Sequence record: SRR22947725_1818
DNA: 64,000 nucleotides
Strand: one strand, 5' to 3'
Below the pieces are notes generated by a model. The model ran no database searches and was not told the DNA's origin. It saw only the letters and a list, made by a program, of their open reading frames with translations. Positions 27,934 to 38,623 of this stretch are shown in pieces. How positions within the stretch are numbered: position 1 is the first letter of the stretch; every line of letters starts with the position of its first letter. Both the position numbers and the translations under genes were made by a program.

Positions 27934-28007
27934 CGTTCAGTACATCGATGATGTGTTGAACGCGACGTGAATGGCGGTGGGATCGGACTCGTTCCGATCC
28001 CACCGCC
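27934..28007 (+). terminator. Two tandem stem-loops after the binding-protein gene (mRNA stabiliser or attenuator)
   Basis: 13-bp stem at 27934-27962 (2 GU pairs) and perfect 15-bp stem GGCGGTGGGATCGGA/TCCGATCCCACCGCC at 27973-28007; no U-tract. Confidence 0.7.
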
Positions 28008-28085
28008 GTCGCACCACTTCCCCCCACGCACTCCGAGTATTAACGTGGCCCGAGGGTCACATGACCAGTTCTTGCAAGGCACCCT

Positions 28086-30044
28086 GTGAACGAGCACGAC
28101 TCACCCGAAACTGCAACCGTGACACCGACTGAGGTGCCAAGCGGTGAGATCTCGACGGATGCTGCCGTTGCTGCATCGGCAGCCGGCGGCGACGAGCGCC
28201 TCGCCTACCGCTCAGTATTCCAACGGCTCTTCGTCCGCCCAGAAGTGGGCGGCCTCATTGGAGCTGCTGGCATCTGGATTTTCTTCTGGGCTGCCTCGGG
28301 CACGTTCGGCACGGTCGGGCAGACCTTTACGTGGCTCGATACCGCTGCGACGCTTGGCATCATGGCGGTTGCCGTCTCGATGCTGATGATCGGCGGCGAA
28401 TTTGACCTGTCATCGGGCGCCATGACTGGGGCAATGGGGATGTTGATCATCTACCTGGTCAAAGAGACGGGCGAACTCGGTGGCCTCGGATTCCCGATGC
28501 TGCTCGCCATTCCGTTGTCGCTCTTGGTCGCGCTGGGCATTGGCTACCTCAATGGGTTCATGGTCGAACGAACCGGTCAGCCAAGCTTTATCATCACGCT
28601 CGGAACTTTCTTCGCACTCATTGGGCTGAAGCTCGGCCTGTCGAAGCGATTCGTCGGCCAGATTCAAATCGGCCGAACCGACGAGGCCAGCGACTTCGAC
28701 TTCTTCCGACCGATCTTCGCTGCCGAATGGGCTCGCAATGAGCACCCGTTCGAGCTGCGCGACCTCTTCTATATTTCAATCTTTGCTGCTGGTGTCATCA
28801 TCGTCCTGCTCGCGATCTGTGAACTCTGGTTCCAGCGTGCCGAGGAGCGCAAGTCATCCGGCCTCATTGAGTTCATCGTTGGCCTTGGGCTTGGCATTGC
28901 TGCTGCGATTGCGCTCCATCTCACCGACGGTGTCGGAGTCAACGCCGCGATTGCGGTCGTCATGGCCGTTGCCGTCTTTCTCGGAATGCACGGCTGGGTC
29001 AGCTGGCGGTACGAGCCGATTGAGGACCGGGGGGCTGTCATCCTTGACGAGAAGATGCGCAAGTTCTTGGGGCTCGGATTCGGACTCGTCGTGCTCGGCG
29101 CGGTCATCGCGGTGCTGATCGATTCTTCGTCGACCCACGAATTCTTCTTCCCGTTCACCACGCAGGGTATTCGAGTCATCCTGTTGCTTGCGTTCGTAAC
29201 CGCTGGTATGGCCTTGATCGCCATGGCGTCGCAGGCTGCCCTGTCAGCGAGTCCGGCCACCAAGGGTGCCGTGACCTCGGTACTGGCACTCGCGGTTGCC
29301 GTCATCGCAGCCCTCACCTTCATCGACTCCGAAGCAGCGAAGTTCCGGGCCTCGCTGTTCTCGGTTCTGCTCTTCGCTGCGGTCGTCGTGTTCGTGTGGG
29401 GATTCGTCGTCTCGCGATTCGTCGAGCGTCGAGTCAAATCGGCCAGCGCTGACCACCTCGGTGGCCGAATGTTGATCTTCGGCATTGTTTCGATCTTTGT
29501 CGGACTTGCTTTCCGCATGCTGTTCATCACCGAGGCGGAACTACTTGCGGAGGTGCCCCCGGCCAAGACGTCGATTCGTCTCTTCTGGTTCGTCGCATTC
29601 ACCGCAACAATGATGTGGGTGCTGGCCCGGACGCGTTTCGGGAGCTGGACGGTCGCTGTGGGTGGCAACAAAGAAGCCGCTCGTCAAGTCGGTGTGCCCG
29701 CAGCCAGGACAAAGACACAGTTGTTCATGCTGGTCTCCGTGGCTGCTTGGTTCGTCGGCTTGCTCGTTGCGTTCCGCATCAACTCGATTCAATCAAATGC
29801 TGGTGATGGTCAGGAGTTCTTCTTCATCATCGCTGCAGTGGTTGGTGGCACGTTGCTCACTGGGGGCTACGGAACGGCCTTTGGTGGCGCGATCGGCGCC
29901 TGCATCATGTCGATGCCGTTGGCCGGCATCTCTGCTGCCCGCTGGAACACTGACTGGAGATTCCTGATTATTGGCGTGATCCTCCTGCTCGCTGTGGTCT
30001 CCAACAAGTACCTCCGCAACCGAGCCGAGGCGATCCGCCGATGA
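28086..30044 (+). CDS. Sugar ABC transporter permease with a large internal membrane insertion
   Basis: GGEFDLSSGA, PSFIITLG, TRFG..AVGGNKEAARQVGV, IAAVVGGTLLTGGYG; 652 aa. Confidence 0.9.
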   Translation: MNEHDSPETATVTPTEVPSGEISTDAAVAASAAGGDERLAYRSVFQRLFVRPEVGGLIGAAGIWIFFWAASGTFGTVGQTFTWLDTAATLGIMAVAVSMLMIGGEFDLSSGAMTGAMGMLIIYLVKETGELGGLGFPMLLAIPLSLLVALGIGYLNGFMVERTGQPSFIITLGTFFALIGLKLGLSKRFVGQIQIGRTDEASDFDFFRPIFAAEWARNEHPFELRDLFYISIFAAGVIIVLLAICELWFQRAEERKSSGLIEFIVGLGLGIAAAIALHLTDGVGVNAAIAVVMAVAVFLGMHGWVSWRYEPIEDRGAVILDEKMRKFLGLGFGLVVLGAVIAVLIDSSSTHEFFFPFTTQGIRVILLLAFVTAGMALIAMASQAALSASPATKGAVTSVLALAVAVIAALTFIDSEAAKFRASLFSVLLFAAVVVFVWGFVVSRFVERRVKSASADHLGGRMLIFGIVSIFVGLAFRMLFITEAELLAEVPPAKTSIRLFWFVAFTATMMWVLARTRFGSWTVAVGGNKEAARQVGVPAARTKTQLFMLVSVAAWFVGLLVAFRINSIQSNAGDGQEFFFIIAAVVGGTLLTGGYGTAFGGAIGACIMSMPLAGISAARWNTDWRFLIIGVILLLAVVSNKYLRNRAEAIRR

Positions 30045-30089
30045 ACCCAACCTCTGACATGGCCCTCGATTCACTCACGGAGAACAACG

Positions 30090-30881
30090 ATGTCTGATCA
30101 GCCGCTTCTGCAACTCGACAGCGTCTCGAAGTTCTATGGCAGCATCACTGCCCTGAGTGGCGTCAGTACGTCGGTCGCCGCCGGTGAGGTGACGTGTGTG
30201 CTCGGTGATAACGGTGCCGGCAAGTCGACCTTCATCAAGATCCTTGCCGGTGTGCACCAGCAGACCGAGGGAACCATCCGTCTTGCAGGCGAAAAGGTCA
30301 CCTTCGACTCTCCGCGTGACGCACTCGACAGTGGTATCGCCACCGTGTACCAGGACCTCGCGATGGTTCCGATGATGTCGGTGTGGCGCAACTTCTTTCT
30401 CGGATCCGAGCCCACCAAGAGCATCGGGCCGTTGAAGTGGATCGACACGAAAGAGGCGAAGCGGATCGCCAAGGACGAAATGGCCAAGATGGGCATCGAC
30501 ATCCGTGACACCGAACAGCCGGTCGGCACGCTCTCTGGTGGAGAACGGCAGTCTGTCGCCATCGCCCGTGCTGGGTACTTCGGCGCGAAGGTGCTGATTC
30601 TCGATGAGCCCACGTCGGCCCTCGGTGTGAAACAATCGGGCGTGGTGCTCAAGCGCATCGTCGAGGCCCGAAATCAGGGTCTGGCCGTGATCTTCATCAC
30701 TCACAATCCGCGTCACGCGTTTCCTGTGGGGAACCGGTTCCTCATCCTCAATCGGGGTCGGTCGATGGGTTCGTTCGCCAAGGACGAGATCGATGTCAAC
30801 GACCTGACGCGTCTCATGTCGGGCGGAGCAGAACTCGAAGCTCTTGAACACGAACTCCGCGACTCGGGCGCGACAAGTTGA
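30090..30881 (+). CDS. Sugar ABC transporter ATP-binding protein
   Basis: [32 protein letters not shown]. Confidence 0.96.
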   Translation: MSDQPLLQLDSVSKFYGSITALSGVSTSVAAGEVTCVLGDNGAGKSTFIKILAGVHQQTEGTIRLAGEKVTFDSPRDALDSGIATVYQDLAMVPMMSVWRNFFLGSEPTKSIGPLKWIDTKEAKRIAKDEMAKMGIDIRDTEQPVGTLSGGERQSVAIARAGYFGAKVLILDEPTSALGVKQSGVVLKRIVEARNQGLAVIFITHNPRHAFPVGNRFLILNRGRSMGSFAKDEIDVNDLTRLMSGGAELEALEHELRDSGATS

Positions 30882-31867
30882 ACCCTTCGGAGCCTTTCGA
30901 TTTGGAGGACCTCGAGATCTTGACATTTGGCCGGTCATCGGTCGACATGTATCCCGAGCAACACAATGTTGCCCTTGCTGACGTTTCCACGTTCCGCAAA
31001 TCGATCGGTGGCAGTCCCACCAACGTCGCAGTCGCGGCTGCGCGGCTCGGTCGCAAAGCCGCTGTCATCAACCGCGTCGGAGACGACGCGTTTGGTGCCT
31101 ACGTTCGACAGGGTCTTCGCGAATTCGGCGTGCACGACGAGTTCATCTCGACTGATCCCGACTTGCTGACTCCGGTCGTATTCTGCGAACTGATGCCGCC
31201 TGAAGAGCCGTCGATCTATTTCTATCGGGAGCCGCGGGGTCCGGATATGGACATCTCGGTTGCGGACATGCCGATGGATGCCATCCGCTCGGCGCCACTG
31301 TTCTGGTTGGCTGGGTCACGGTTTGCCGAAGAGCCTTCCCGATCAGCAGCAATGGCAGCACTTGAGGCTCGCGGTCGCAAGCAACACACGGTGATCGACC
31401 TCGACTACCGACCCATGTTCTGGGACTCTCCGGAGCAGGCTGCTGAGTACATCTCGCCGTCAATTGACCACTGCACGGTGGCAGTCGGCAACAAAGACGA
31501 ATGTGAGATCGCCGTCGGCACGCGCATTCCTGACGAAGCAGCGGACCGCATGCTCGAACGTGGCGTGCAGATCGCCATCGTCAAGCAGGGTGGCGATGGG
31601 GTGATGGTTGCAACTGCTGACTCACGCACCGTCGTCGACCCGATCCGCGTCCCCGTCGTGTGCGGGCTCGGGGCGGGCGATGCGTTCGGTGGCTCGTTGG
31701 CTCATGGGCTGCTCGCGGGTTGGGACCCAGCAGAGATCGTGACCCGCGCCAACGCTGCAGGGGCGATTGTCGCCGGTCGCCTGATGTGCTCGGACGAGAT
31801 GCCGACATCAGCCGAAATCGATCACCTGCTGGCGACCGGTGAGGTCCCCGATCGAGTGATCCGGTGA
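30878..31867 (+). CDS. iolC: 5-dehydro-2-deoxygluconokinase
   Basis: [40 protein letters not shown]; exact start uncertain. Confidence 0.92.
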   Translation: MNPSEPFDLEDLEILTFGRSSVDMYPEQHNVALADVSTFRKSIGGSPTNVAVAAARLGRKAAVINRVGDDAFGAYVRQGLREFGVHDEFISTDPDLLTPVVFCELMPPEEPSIYFYREPRGPDMDISVADMPMDAIRSAPLFWLAGSRFAEEPSRSAAMAALEARGRKQHTVIDLDYRPMFWDSPEQAAEYISPSIDHCTVAVGNKDECEIAVGTRIPDEAADRMLERGVQIAIVKQGGDGVMVATADSRTVVDPIRVPVVCGLGAGDAFGGSLAHGLLAGWDPAEIVTRANAAGAIVAGRLMCSDEMPTSAEIDHLLATGEVPDRVIR

Positions 31868-32769
31868 TCATCAGCAACGAGGCATGGAGCGGTCTGCTTG
31901 AGACTCGCGCGACTGATCCAGGTGCGATCGCCACAGCACTTGGCGCGCGAACGACTCGACCGCTGCTCGCCGCTGACGGCAACACGTTCATCATTGCGAT
32001 CGATCACCCTGCCCGCGGCATGGTCGGGGTGTCTGGTCAACCGTTTGTCATGGCCGACCGTCGAGATGTGCTCGAGCGGACGATGACTGCGCTGGCCGAC
32101 CCGGGCGTCGATGGCGTCATGGCGACGCCCGACATTCTCGATGACCTCGCGCTGCTCGGCGCACTCGATGGCAAAGTTGCCATCGGTTCGATCAACCGTG
32201 GCGGCCTGATGGGTTCGGCCTGGGAACTCGATGATCAGTTGACAGGCCATACCGTGCCATCAATCGTCGAACAAGGCCTTGACGGCGCCAAGATGTTGCT
32301 CCGCATCGACCTGGACGACGAACGCTCAAAGCCAACGATCGAGGCCTGCGCCCGTTGGATCACCGAGCTTGCAGCCGTCCGGAAGCTGGCGATGCTCGAA
32401 CCGCTCCCGTACACAACAGATGCAAGCGGTCACAAGGTGCTCGACACCGACGACGACACGCTCGTGAAGTGCGTCGGAATCGCTAATGCACTCGGTGCAA
32501 GCTCTGCCTACACCTGGCTCAAGCTTCCCGCGACCGCCCAGGTCGAGCGCGTCATGGCCGCAACTTCGATGCCTGGACTGATCCTCGGCGGAACGCCTGG
32601 CCCCCGCCCTGAGACCGCATTTGACGAGTGGCGTCGAGCAATGGATGTCTCCAACGTTCGTGGCCTTGTTGTCGGCCGCTCTCTGCTCTATCCCTCCGAC
32701 GGAGATGTCGCTGGAGCCGTCGCAACGGCTGCAGCGATCGTTCACCCCCATCAACAAGGACCACAATGA
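31864..32769 (+). CDS. Class I aldolase-like TIM barrel of actinobacterial iol clusters (Cgl0159-like)
   Basis: DHPARG, DGVMATPDI, GSINRGGL, AYTWLKLP, VRGLVVGRSLLYP. Confidence 0.85.
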   Translation: MIISNEAWSGLLETRATDPGAIATALGARTTRPLLAADGNTFIIAIDHPARGMVGVSGQPFVMADRRDVLERTMTALADPGVDGVMATPDILDDLALLGALDGKVAIGSINRGGLMGSAWELDDQLTGHTVPSIVEQGLDGAKMLLRIDLDDERSKPTIEACARWITELAAVRKLAMLEPLPYTTDASGHKVLDTDDDTLVKCVGIANALGASSAYTWLKLPATAQVERVMAATSMPGLILGGTPGPRPETAFDEWRRAMDVSNVRGLVVGRSLLYPSDGDVAGAVATAAAIVHPHQQGPQ

Positions 32770-33932
32770 CCCGCAAGAAGATCGGCGTTGCCGTGATCGG
32801 CTTCGGCTGGATGGGCCAAGCCCACACGCGCTCGTACCTCCGCATTCCGACGCTGTTCCCAGAGCGTGACTACGACCCGGAGCTGATCATCATCAGCGAC
32901 AATTTGCAGGAGCGGGTCAACGAGGCCGTCGAATCGTTCGGCTTCCGCGAGGGAACGACCGATTGGAACGTGGCGGTCAATCACCCCGATGTCGACGTTG
33001 TCTGCGTCTGCGCGCCGAATATGTTGCATGAGCCGATCGCCATCGCAGCGGCGGCAGCCGGAAAGCACGTGTTCTGTGAGAAGCCGGTCGGCGGGACGCC
33101 CGAGCAGACGGTGCGCATCGAAGCTGCTTCGCGGGCCGCAGGTGTGATCACGGGTGTTGGCTACAACTATCGGTGGGCGCCGCTCGTGCAGTACGCCAAG
33201 CAGTTGATCGAAGACGGAACGCTCGGCGACATCACGAACTACAACGGCCGATTCTTCACGATGTACGGATCGGACCCGATGGGTCTGCTCTCGTGGCGCT
33301 TCCAACTCGACGGGGCGGGACACGGCGTGTCGTCTGACATCCTCAGCCACTCGATCGATCTCGCGCACATGCTCGTGGGACCGATCGAAAGAGTCGTCGG
33401 GACCGGCCACACCTACATTCCTGACCGTCCCATCCCACAACCCGGTGGCACCCATTACGACCTCGGTTCGCCCGAAGACCCGACTGGTCCGGTAGAGAAC
33501 GAGGACTACTTCGGGGCCATGGTCAAGTTCGAGAACGGCGCACGCGGCACCTTCGAGGCGAGCCGCACCATTGTCGGGCCAGAAAGCCAGTGCGCCTTCG
33601 AGATCTACGGAACCAAGGGTTCGCTCAAGTGGAATCTTGAGACGATGAATCAACTCCAGCTCAACCTGGTCGGCGACAAGGCCCGCGGATACACCACGGT
33701 GTACGCCGGTGATCGGTATCCATACCATGGCAACTTTGTGCCCGGCGATGCCAACTCGATCGGCTACGAGGACCTCAAGGTCATCGAAGACTACGAATTT
33801 CTGTCGAGCGTCGCCGCTGGCCGCCAACACGAGCCCGGCTTTGCTGAGGCAATCGACTACGTCAGCGTTCAGGCTGCCCTGTTGCAGAGCTGGGAGTCCG
33901 AGCGCTGGGAACCCGTGCAGCGTCTCGCTTGA
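32766..33932 (+). CDS. Gfo/Idh/MocA family oxidoreductase
   Basis: IGFGWMG, HVFCEKPVG, GYNYR, DILSH; start trimmed to ATG 32766. Confidence 0.92.
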   Translation: MTRKKIGVAVIGFGWMGQAHTRSYLRIPTLFPERDYDPELIIISDNLQERVNEAVESFGFREGTTDWNVAVNHPDVDVVCVCAPNMLHEPIAIAAAAAGKHVFCEKPVGGTPEQTVRIEAASRAAGVITGVGYNYRWAPLVQYAKQLIEDGTLGDITNYNGRFFTMYGSDPMGLLSWRFQLDGAGHGVSSDILSHSIDLAHMLVGPIERVVGTGHTYIPDRPIPQPGGTHYDLGSPEDPTGPVENEDYFGAMVKFENGARGTFEASRTIVGPESQCAFEIYGTKGSLKWNLETMNQLQLNLVGDKARGYTTVYAGDRYPYHGNFVPGDANSIGYEDLKVIEDYEFLSSVAAGRQHEPGFAEAIDYVSVQAALLQSWESERWEPVQRLA

Positions 33933-33982
33933 ACTCTGGTCGAACACGAATCGAAAACGAATCGAACGAAAGAAGTCACTCA

Positions 33983-35845
33983 ATGGGGACCCAACGATTG
34001 ACGGTCGCTCAGGCGATCGTTGCCCATCTCATCGCTCAAACCACCGAACTTGGTGACGGCAGCACAGCGTCGCTGTTTCCAGGGGTCTACGGCATCTTCG
34101 GTCACGGCAACGTCACCTGCCTCGGGCACGCCCTTGAAGAACGCAAGGACGAACTGCCGACGTGGCGCGGCCAGAACGAGCAGGGCATGGCGCTTGCCGC
34201 GACCGCGTACAACAAGGCGGTCAGGCGCCGGCAAATCATGACGGCGACATCGTCGATCGGGCCCGGCGCGACCAACATGGTCACGGCCGCAGGAGTGGCT
34301 CACTCGAATCGCTTGCCATTGTTGCTGCTCGCGGGTGACACCTTTGCCTCGCGAACTCCGGATCCGGTCTTGCAGCAGGTCGAACACTTCGGGGTGCCGT
34401 CGACCACGGTGAACGATTCGTTCCGACCGGTCACTCGTTACTGGGACCGCATCACCATGCCCGACCAGCTGCTCACGTCACTGCCTCAGGCGATCGACAC
34501 CATGCTCGATCCCGCTGACTGTGGCCCTGCATTCCTCGGCCTGCCTCAAGATGTGCAAGCCATGGCATTTGATGTGCCTGACGAGTTTGTTGCGGCACAG
34601 CATCATCGGATTGTTCGGGCCCGACCCGATCGGGGTCAACTCGCAGCGGCGGTTGATGCGCTGCGCAGCGCCAAGCAACCGCTGATCCTCGCTGGCGGTG
34701 GTGTCCACTACTCCTTTGCCGAAGCAGCGCTCCTCGCATTCGCCGAGCGGCATCGGATCCCGATGGTCGAGACCGTTGCGGGCAAGGCAAGCCTCGTCGC
34801 TGCACACGAACTGAACGCGGGACCCATTGGTGTCACAGGTTGCGAATCCGCCAATGCGCTTGCAGCCCAGGCCGATGTGGTGCTTGCAGTCGGAAGCCGG
34901 CTGGAAGACTTCACCACTGGTTCGTGGACGCTGTTCCAGCACCCGGACGTGACGATCATTGGGCTCAACGCTGCGAGGTTCGACGCCCGTAAGCGGCGTT
35001 CCTTACCCCTGGTTGCTGACGCCCGCGCTGGGCTCGAGGAGCTCACTGACGCTCTTGCCGACTGGGTCGTCGATGCAGCATGGACCGAGCGAGCAGCCAC
35101 AGAGCGGGCCGGCTACCACGCGTACATCGACAAGATTGCTGCGCCAAGCGACGACTCCGTCGCGGCCGGGGAACCCGTGACCTACGCTCAAGTCGTGGGC
35201 GCTGTCGACCGCAACAAGCAACCTGGCGACTACGTGTTGGCGGCTGCCGGTGGATTCCCGGGCGAGGTCAACAACGGGTGGCGCGCCGACGAGATCAACA
35301 GCTTCGACTGTGAATACGGCTTCAGCTGTATGGGCTACGAGATCGCCGGTGGCTGGGGCGCCAAGATGGCGATGCCAGAGCGCGAGGTCATCGTGTTTGT
35401 CGGTGACGGCTCGACGATGATGCTCAACTCCGATCTGTACAGCTCGGTCATCGGTGGTCACAAGATGATCGTGATCATCTGCGACAACGGCGGGTACGCG
35501 GTCATCAATCGGTTGCAGATCAATCAGGGTGGCGTGCCGTTCAACAATCTCCTCGACGACTGCAAGGGGCCCAACACCGAGGTCCGAGTCGACTTCGAGA
35601 TGCTGGCCAAGGCGCAAGGATGCAACGCCGAGACCGTGCACACGGTCACGGAATTGGAGTCGGCGATGGATCGAGCTCGAGCATCTGATCGGACCTACGT
35701 GATAGCGCTGCAGACCCATCGCTACGAATGGACTGAGGGCGGAACGTACTGGGAAGTGGGCGTCCCCGAAGTGTCGAATCGTCCCTCCGTCGTCGCTGCC
35801 CACGATGACGTTGCCACTGGAAAGCAAGGCCAACGTCGTGCCTGA
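33983..35845 (+). CDS. iolD: THcHDO hydrolase (ThDP-dependent)
   Basis: IFGHGNV, GQNEQGMA, SSIGPGATN, PDPVLQQVE, EYGFSCMGYE, GDGS; start trimmed to ATG 33983. Confidence 0.96.
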   Translation: MGTQRLTVAQAIVAHLIAQTTELGDGSTASLFPGVYGIFGHGNVTCLGHALEERKDELPTWRGQNEQGMALAATAYNKAVRRRQIMTATSSIGPGATNMVTAAGVAHSNRLPLLLLAGDTFASRTPDPVLQQVEHFGVPSTTVNDSFRPVTRYWDRITMPDQLLTSLPQAIDTMLDPADCGPAFLGLPQDVQAMAFDVPDEFVAAQHHRIVRARPDRGQLAAAVDALRSAKQPLILAGGGVHYSFAEAALLAFAERHRIPMVETVAGKASLVAAHELNAGPIGVTGCESANALAAQADVVLAVGSRLEDFTTGSWTLFQHPDVTIIGLNAARFDARKRRSLPLVADARAGLEELTDALADWVVDAAWTERAATERAGYHAYIDKIAAPSDDSVAAGEPVTYAQVVGAVDRNKQPGDYVLAAAGGFPGEVNNGWRADEINSFDCEYGFSCMGYEIAGGWGAKMAMPEREVIVFVGDGSTMMLNSDLYSSVIGGHKMIVIICDNGGYAVINRLQINQGGVPFNNLLDDCKGPNTEVRVDFEMLAKAQGCNAETVHTVTELESAMDRARASDRTYVIALQTHRYEWTEGGTYWEVGVPEVSNRPSVVAAHDDVATGKQGQRRA

Positions 35846-36857
35846 CACTCCCGTTCGATTCGCCGTGCTCGGCTGTGGCCGCATCGGCAAGATGCATGCT
35901 GAAATGCTTGCTCGCCAGGTTCCCGGAGCCTCCGTCAGCGTCGTCTTCGATGTCGTGGAGGCCGCAGCGCAGGCAGTGGCTGGCGACCTCGGCGTTCGAG
36001 TCGCATCGTCACTCGATGATGCCGTCAACGCAGAAGACGTTGACGCAGTAGCGATCTGCACCAGCACCGACACCCATGTCGATGCCATGGTCGCTGCGTC
36101 AGCCGCCGGCCGAGCAATCTTCTGCGAGAAGCCGATCTCGCTTGACCTGGCAGAGGTCGACCGTGGTCTCAACGCCGTCGCCGATGCTGGCGTCAAGCTC
36201 CAGATCGGTTTCAACCGGCGGTTCGACCCGAGCCATAAAGCCGTCGCCGATGCAGTGCAACACGGAGCCGTTGGCGACGTGCACCTGTGCAGCATCACCA
36301 GCCGCGACCCAGGACCACCGCCCATCGAGTACATCCGCGTCTCTGGCGGAATGTTCAACGACATGACCATTCACGACTTCGACATGGCGCGGTACGTCAC
36401 CGGCAGCGACGTCGTCGAGGTGTACGCACGCGGAGCTGTTCGTGTCGACCCGGCCATTGGCGAGGCAGGCGACATCGACACGGGCGTTGTGTTGCTCACC
36501 CACGCAAACGGCGCCCTGACCACCATCGACAACAGCAGACGTGCGGCATATGGCTACGACCAGCGCGTCGAGGCATTTGGCAATCTGGGCAAGGCAGCCT
36601 CGGACAACTACCACGACTTCAACAGCGTGCTTGCCACAGAGGCTGGGTATCGGCGGCCGCCGCTCCAGAACTTCTTCCTCGAGCGTTATGGGCAGAGCTA
36701 TCTCGACCAGTGGGCTGCCTTCCTCGACTACGTGCGCAGCGACGTGGCGAGCCCGGCCTCGGGCGCCGACGGTCGAGCCCCACTCGTGATCGCCCAAGCG
36801 GCGCAGCGCTCGATGACCGAAAACCGCCCGGTCCGCATTGCCGAGATCGACAACTGA
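35838..36857 (+). CDS. iolG: Myo-inositol 2-dehydrogenase
   Basis: GCGRIG, IFCEKPIS, GFNRRFDP, TSRDP, DMTIHDFD, YGYDQRVE, FFLERY; start probably GTG 35838. Confidence 0.93.
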   Translation: MPDTPVRFAVLGCGRIGKMHAEMLARQVPGASVSVVFDVVEAAAQAVAGDLGVRVASSLDDAVNAEDVDAVAICTSTDTHVDAMVAASAAGRAIFCEKPISLDLAEVDRGLNAVADAGVKLQIGFNRRFDPSHKAVADAVQHGAVGDVHLCSITSRDPGPPPIEYIRVSGGMFNDMTIHDFDMARYVTGSDVVEVYARGAVRVDPAIGEAGDIDTGVVLLTHANGALTTIDNSRRAAYGYDQRVEAFGNLGKAASDNYHDFNSVLATEAGYRRPPLQNFFLERYGQSYLDQWAAFLDYVRSDVASPASGADGRAPLVIAQAAQRSMTENRPVRIAEIDN

Positions 36858-36872
36858 ACGGAAGACCCTGAG

Positions 36873-37787
36873 ATGAGCGAACCACTGTCCCACTCCGGCC
36901 AGCCACTGCGTCACGCCCGCCCGGTCGGCCCGATGCGCAACACTGACCTGGCCCACCATCGCGCCCGCAACCCGGACGGCTCAGTCCGCATTGACATCAC
37001 GCCCGACAACGCCGGGTGGGACTTTTTGAGCTTCGCCGTCGTCGAGTTGAAGGCCGGCGACACCCACGAGTCCACGCGGCCCGACGAAGAGACCGCAATC
37101 GTGCCAATTTCAGGAGCCGGCACTGTGACCGCCGGAGGGCAGACCTTCGAGATCAGCCGAACTTCGGTGTTCGAAGAGATGCCCCACATCGTCTATGTCA
37201 CGCCGGGCGACGCCATCAACGTGGTCGCCTCCGAGGGCGGGTTCGAATTCTCCATCGGCTCAGCGCCGGCGGAGGGCAAGTACCCGACCCGGTTGATCGA
37301 GCCCAAGGAGATGAAGCAGGAGCTCCGCGGCGGCGGTTCGGCCTACCGCCATGTCAACCACGTGCTCGCCCCGCCGATTGACGCCGAACGGCTCATTCTC
37401 TATGAGGTCTACGTCCCGCGAGGCACCTGGTCGGGCTGGGCGCCGCATTGCCACGACGGTCGTGACGGATCGCCCTACCTCGAAGAGGTCTACTACTTCC
37501 GAGTCACACCGGACAACGGATTCGTCATGCAGCGCAACTGGCGTGACGACGAAGACTTCGACGAGCTGTTCAGCGCCCGGGACGGCGAGGCGGTGCTGGT
37601 GACCAAGGGGTATCACTCCTCGGTCGCGTGTCCGAGTTCGCACATGATGTTCCTCAACTATCTCGCAGGCGAGTTGTACGACGACGAACGTACGACGCCG
37701 CCGTGTTTCGACCCCGCGCACCTGTGGATCCAAGACAACTGGGACCACGAAGCATGGGATCTTCCCGTCGTCTCGAAACCAGAATGA
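36873..37787 (+). CDS. iolB: 5-deoxy-glucuronate isomerase
   Basis: ITPDNAGW, WSGWAPHCHD, LEEVYYF, KGYH, LNYLAG. Confidence 0.9.
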   Translation: MSEPLSHSGQPLRHARPVGPMRNTDLAHHRARNPDGSVRIDITPDNAGWDFLSFAVVELKAGDTHESTRPDEETAIVPISGAGTVTAGGQTFEISRTSVFEEMPHIVYVTPGDAINVVASEGGFEFSIGSAPAEGKYPTRLIEPKEMKQELRGGGSAYRHVNHVLAPPIDAERLILYEVYVPRGTWSGWAPHCHDGRDGSPYLEEVYYFRVTPDNGFVMQRNWRDDEDFDELFSARDGEAVLVTKGYHSSVACPSSHMMFLNYLAGELYDDERTTPPCFDPAHLWIQDNWDHEAWDLPVVSKPE

Positions 37788-38623
37788 CCACACCGGGTCT
37801 GACCGACAGCGCGGGCCGCTTCTCGATCTTGGCGATCGACCATCGCGATTCGCTCCGCGAGTTCCTTGCTCCCGACGCTCCAGCGTCGATCGATGCCGCA
37901 TCGATCACGGATCTGAAGATCGAAGTGGTGGAAAGCCTCGCGGATCTCGCCACCGGGGTGATGCTCGAACCCGAGTACTCGATCCCGCAGGTGCTTGACG
38001 CAGGGGTTCTTCCCGCAGGGGTCGGGTTCCTGGCAGCTCTCGAAGCGCAGGGTTACCTCGATGATCCGGAGGCGGAACCAACGCGGTTGCTCGACGGGTG
38101 GTCGCCGGAATTGGCCAAAGCCTCCGGCGCGTCGTCGGCAAAGTTGCTTCTGCCGTACCGCCCCGACGGACGGCTGGTTGGCGAACAGGAGGCGTTCGCC
38201 ATCCAGCTGGTTGAGGAGTGCCACGCCCACGACTTACCGATCGCGCTCGAGCCGCTGTTCTATGGACTGGCCACCCCCGGCCGTCGATCCGAGCTGATCG
38301 TTGAGACCGCTGAGCGCTTTGCTGCCTTCGGTGCGGATCTGCTCAAGCTGCCGTTTCCTGGTTCGCCGGCAGCGTGCGAACAGGTCACCGCCGCAGTTGA
38401 GGTCCCGTGGGCGATGTTGTCGGGGGGCGGATCGTTCGATGACTTCGCCGATCAGATCGCGGTGGCCAACGCGGCGGGTTGCTCGGGGTTTATGGTAGGT
38501 CGTGCGCTGTGGGGCGAGGCCGTTCGCGCGCCAGCTGCAGATCGAGCTGATCTGTTGCAGACGCTCGTTCGGCCACGGTTCGAGCGACTCGTCGCACTCA
38601 ACAAGGAGGTTGATCATGGCTGA
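37784..38623 (+). CDS. LacD/YihT-like class I aldolase
   Basis: FSILAIDHRDSL, KLLLPYRPD, LEPL, DLLKL (Schiff-base Lys), PWAMLSGG, SGFMVGRALW; start trimmed to ATG 37784. Confidence 0.85.
   Translation: MTTPGLTDSAGRFSILAIDHRDSLREFLAPDAPASIDAASITDLKIEVVESLADLATGVMLEPEYSIPQVLDAGVLPAGVGFLAALEAQGYLDDPEAEPTRLLDGWSPELAKASGASSAKLLLPYRPDGRLVGEQEAFAIQLVEECHAHDLPIALEPLFYGLATPGRRSELIVETAERFAAFGADLLKLPFPGSPAACEQVTAAVEVPWAMLSGGGSFDDFADQIAVANAAGCSGFMVGRALWGEAVRAPAADRADLLQTLVRPRFERLVALNKEVDHG

Noticed and set aside
33929-33982. CGAA-rich stretch and longer TTG-start version of iolD
   Set aside because: Low-complexity spacer with one short duplication (ACGAATCGAA twice); IolD similarity begins at ATG 33983
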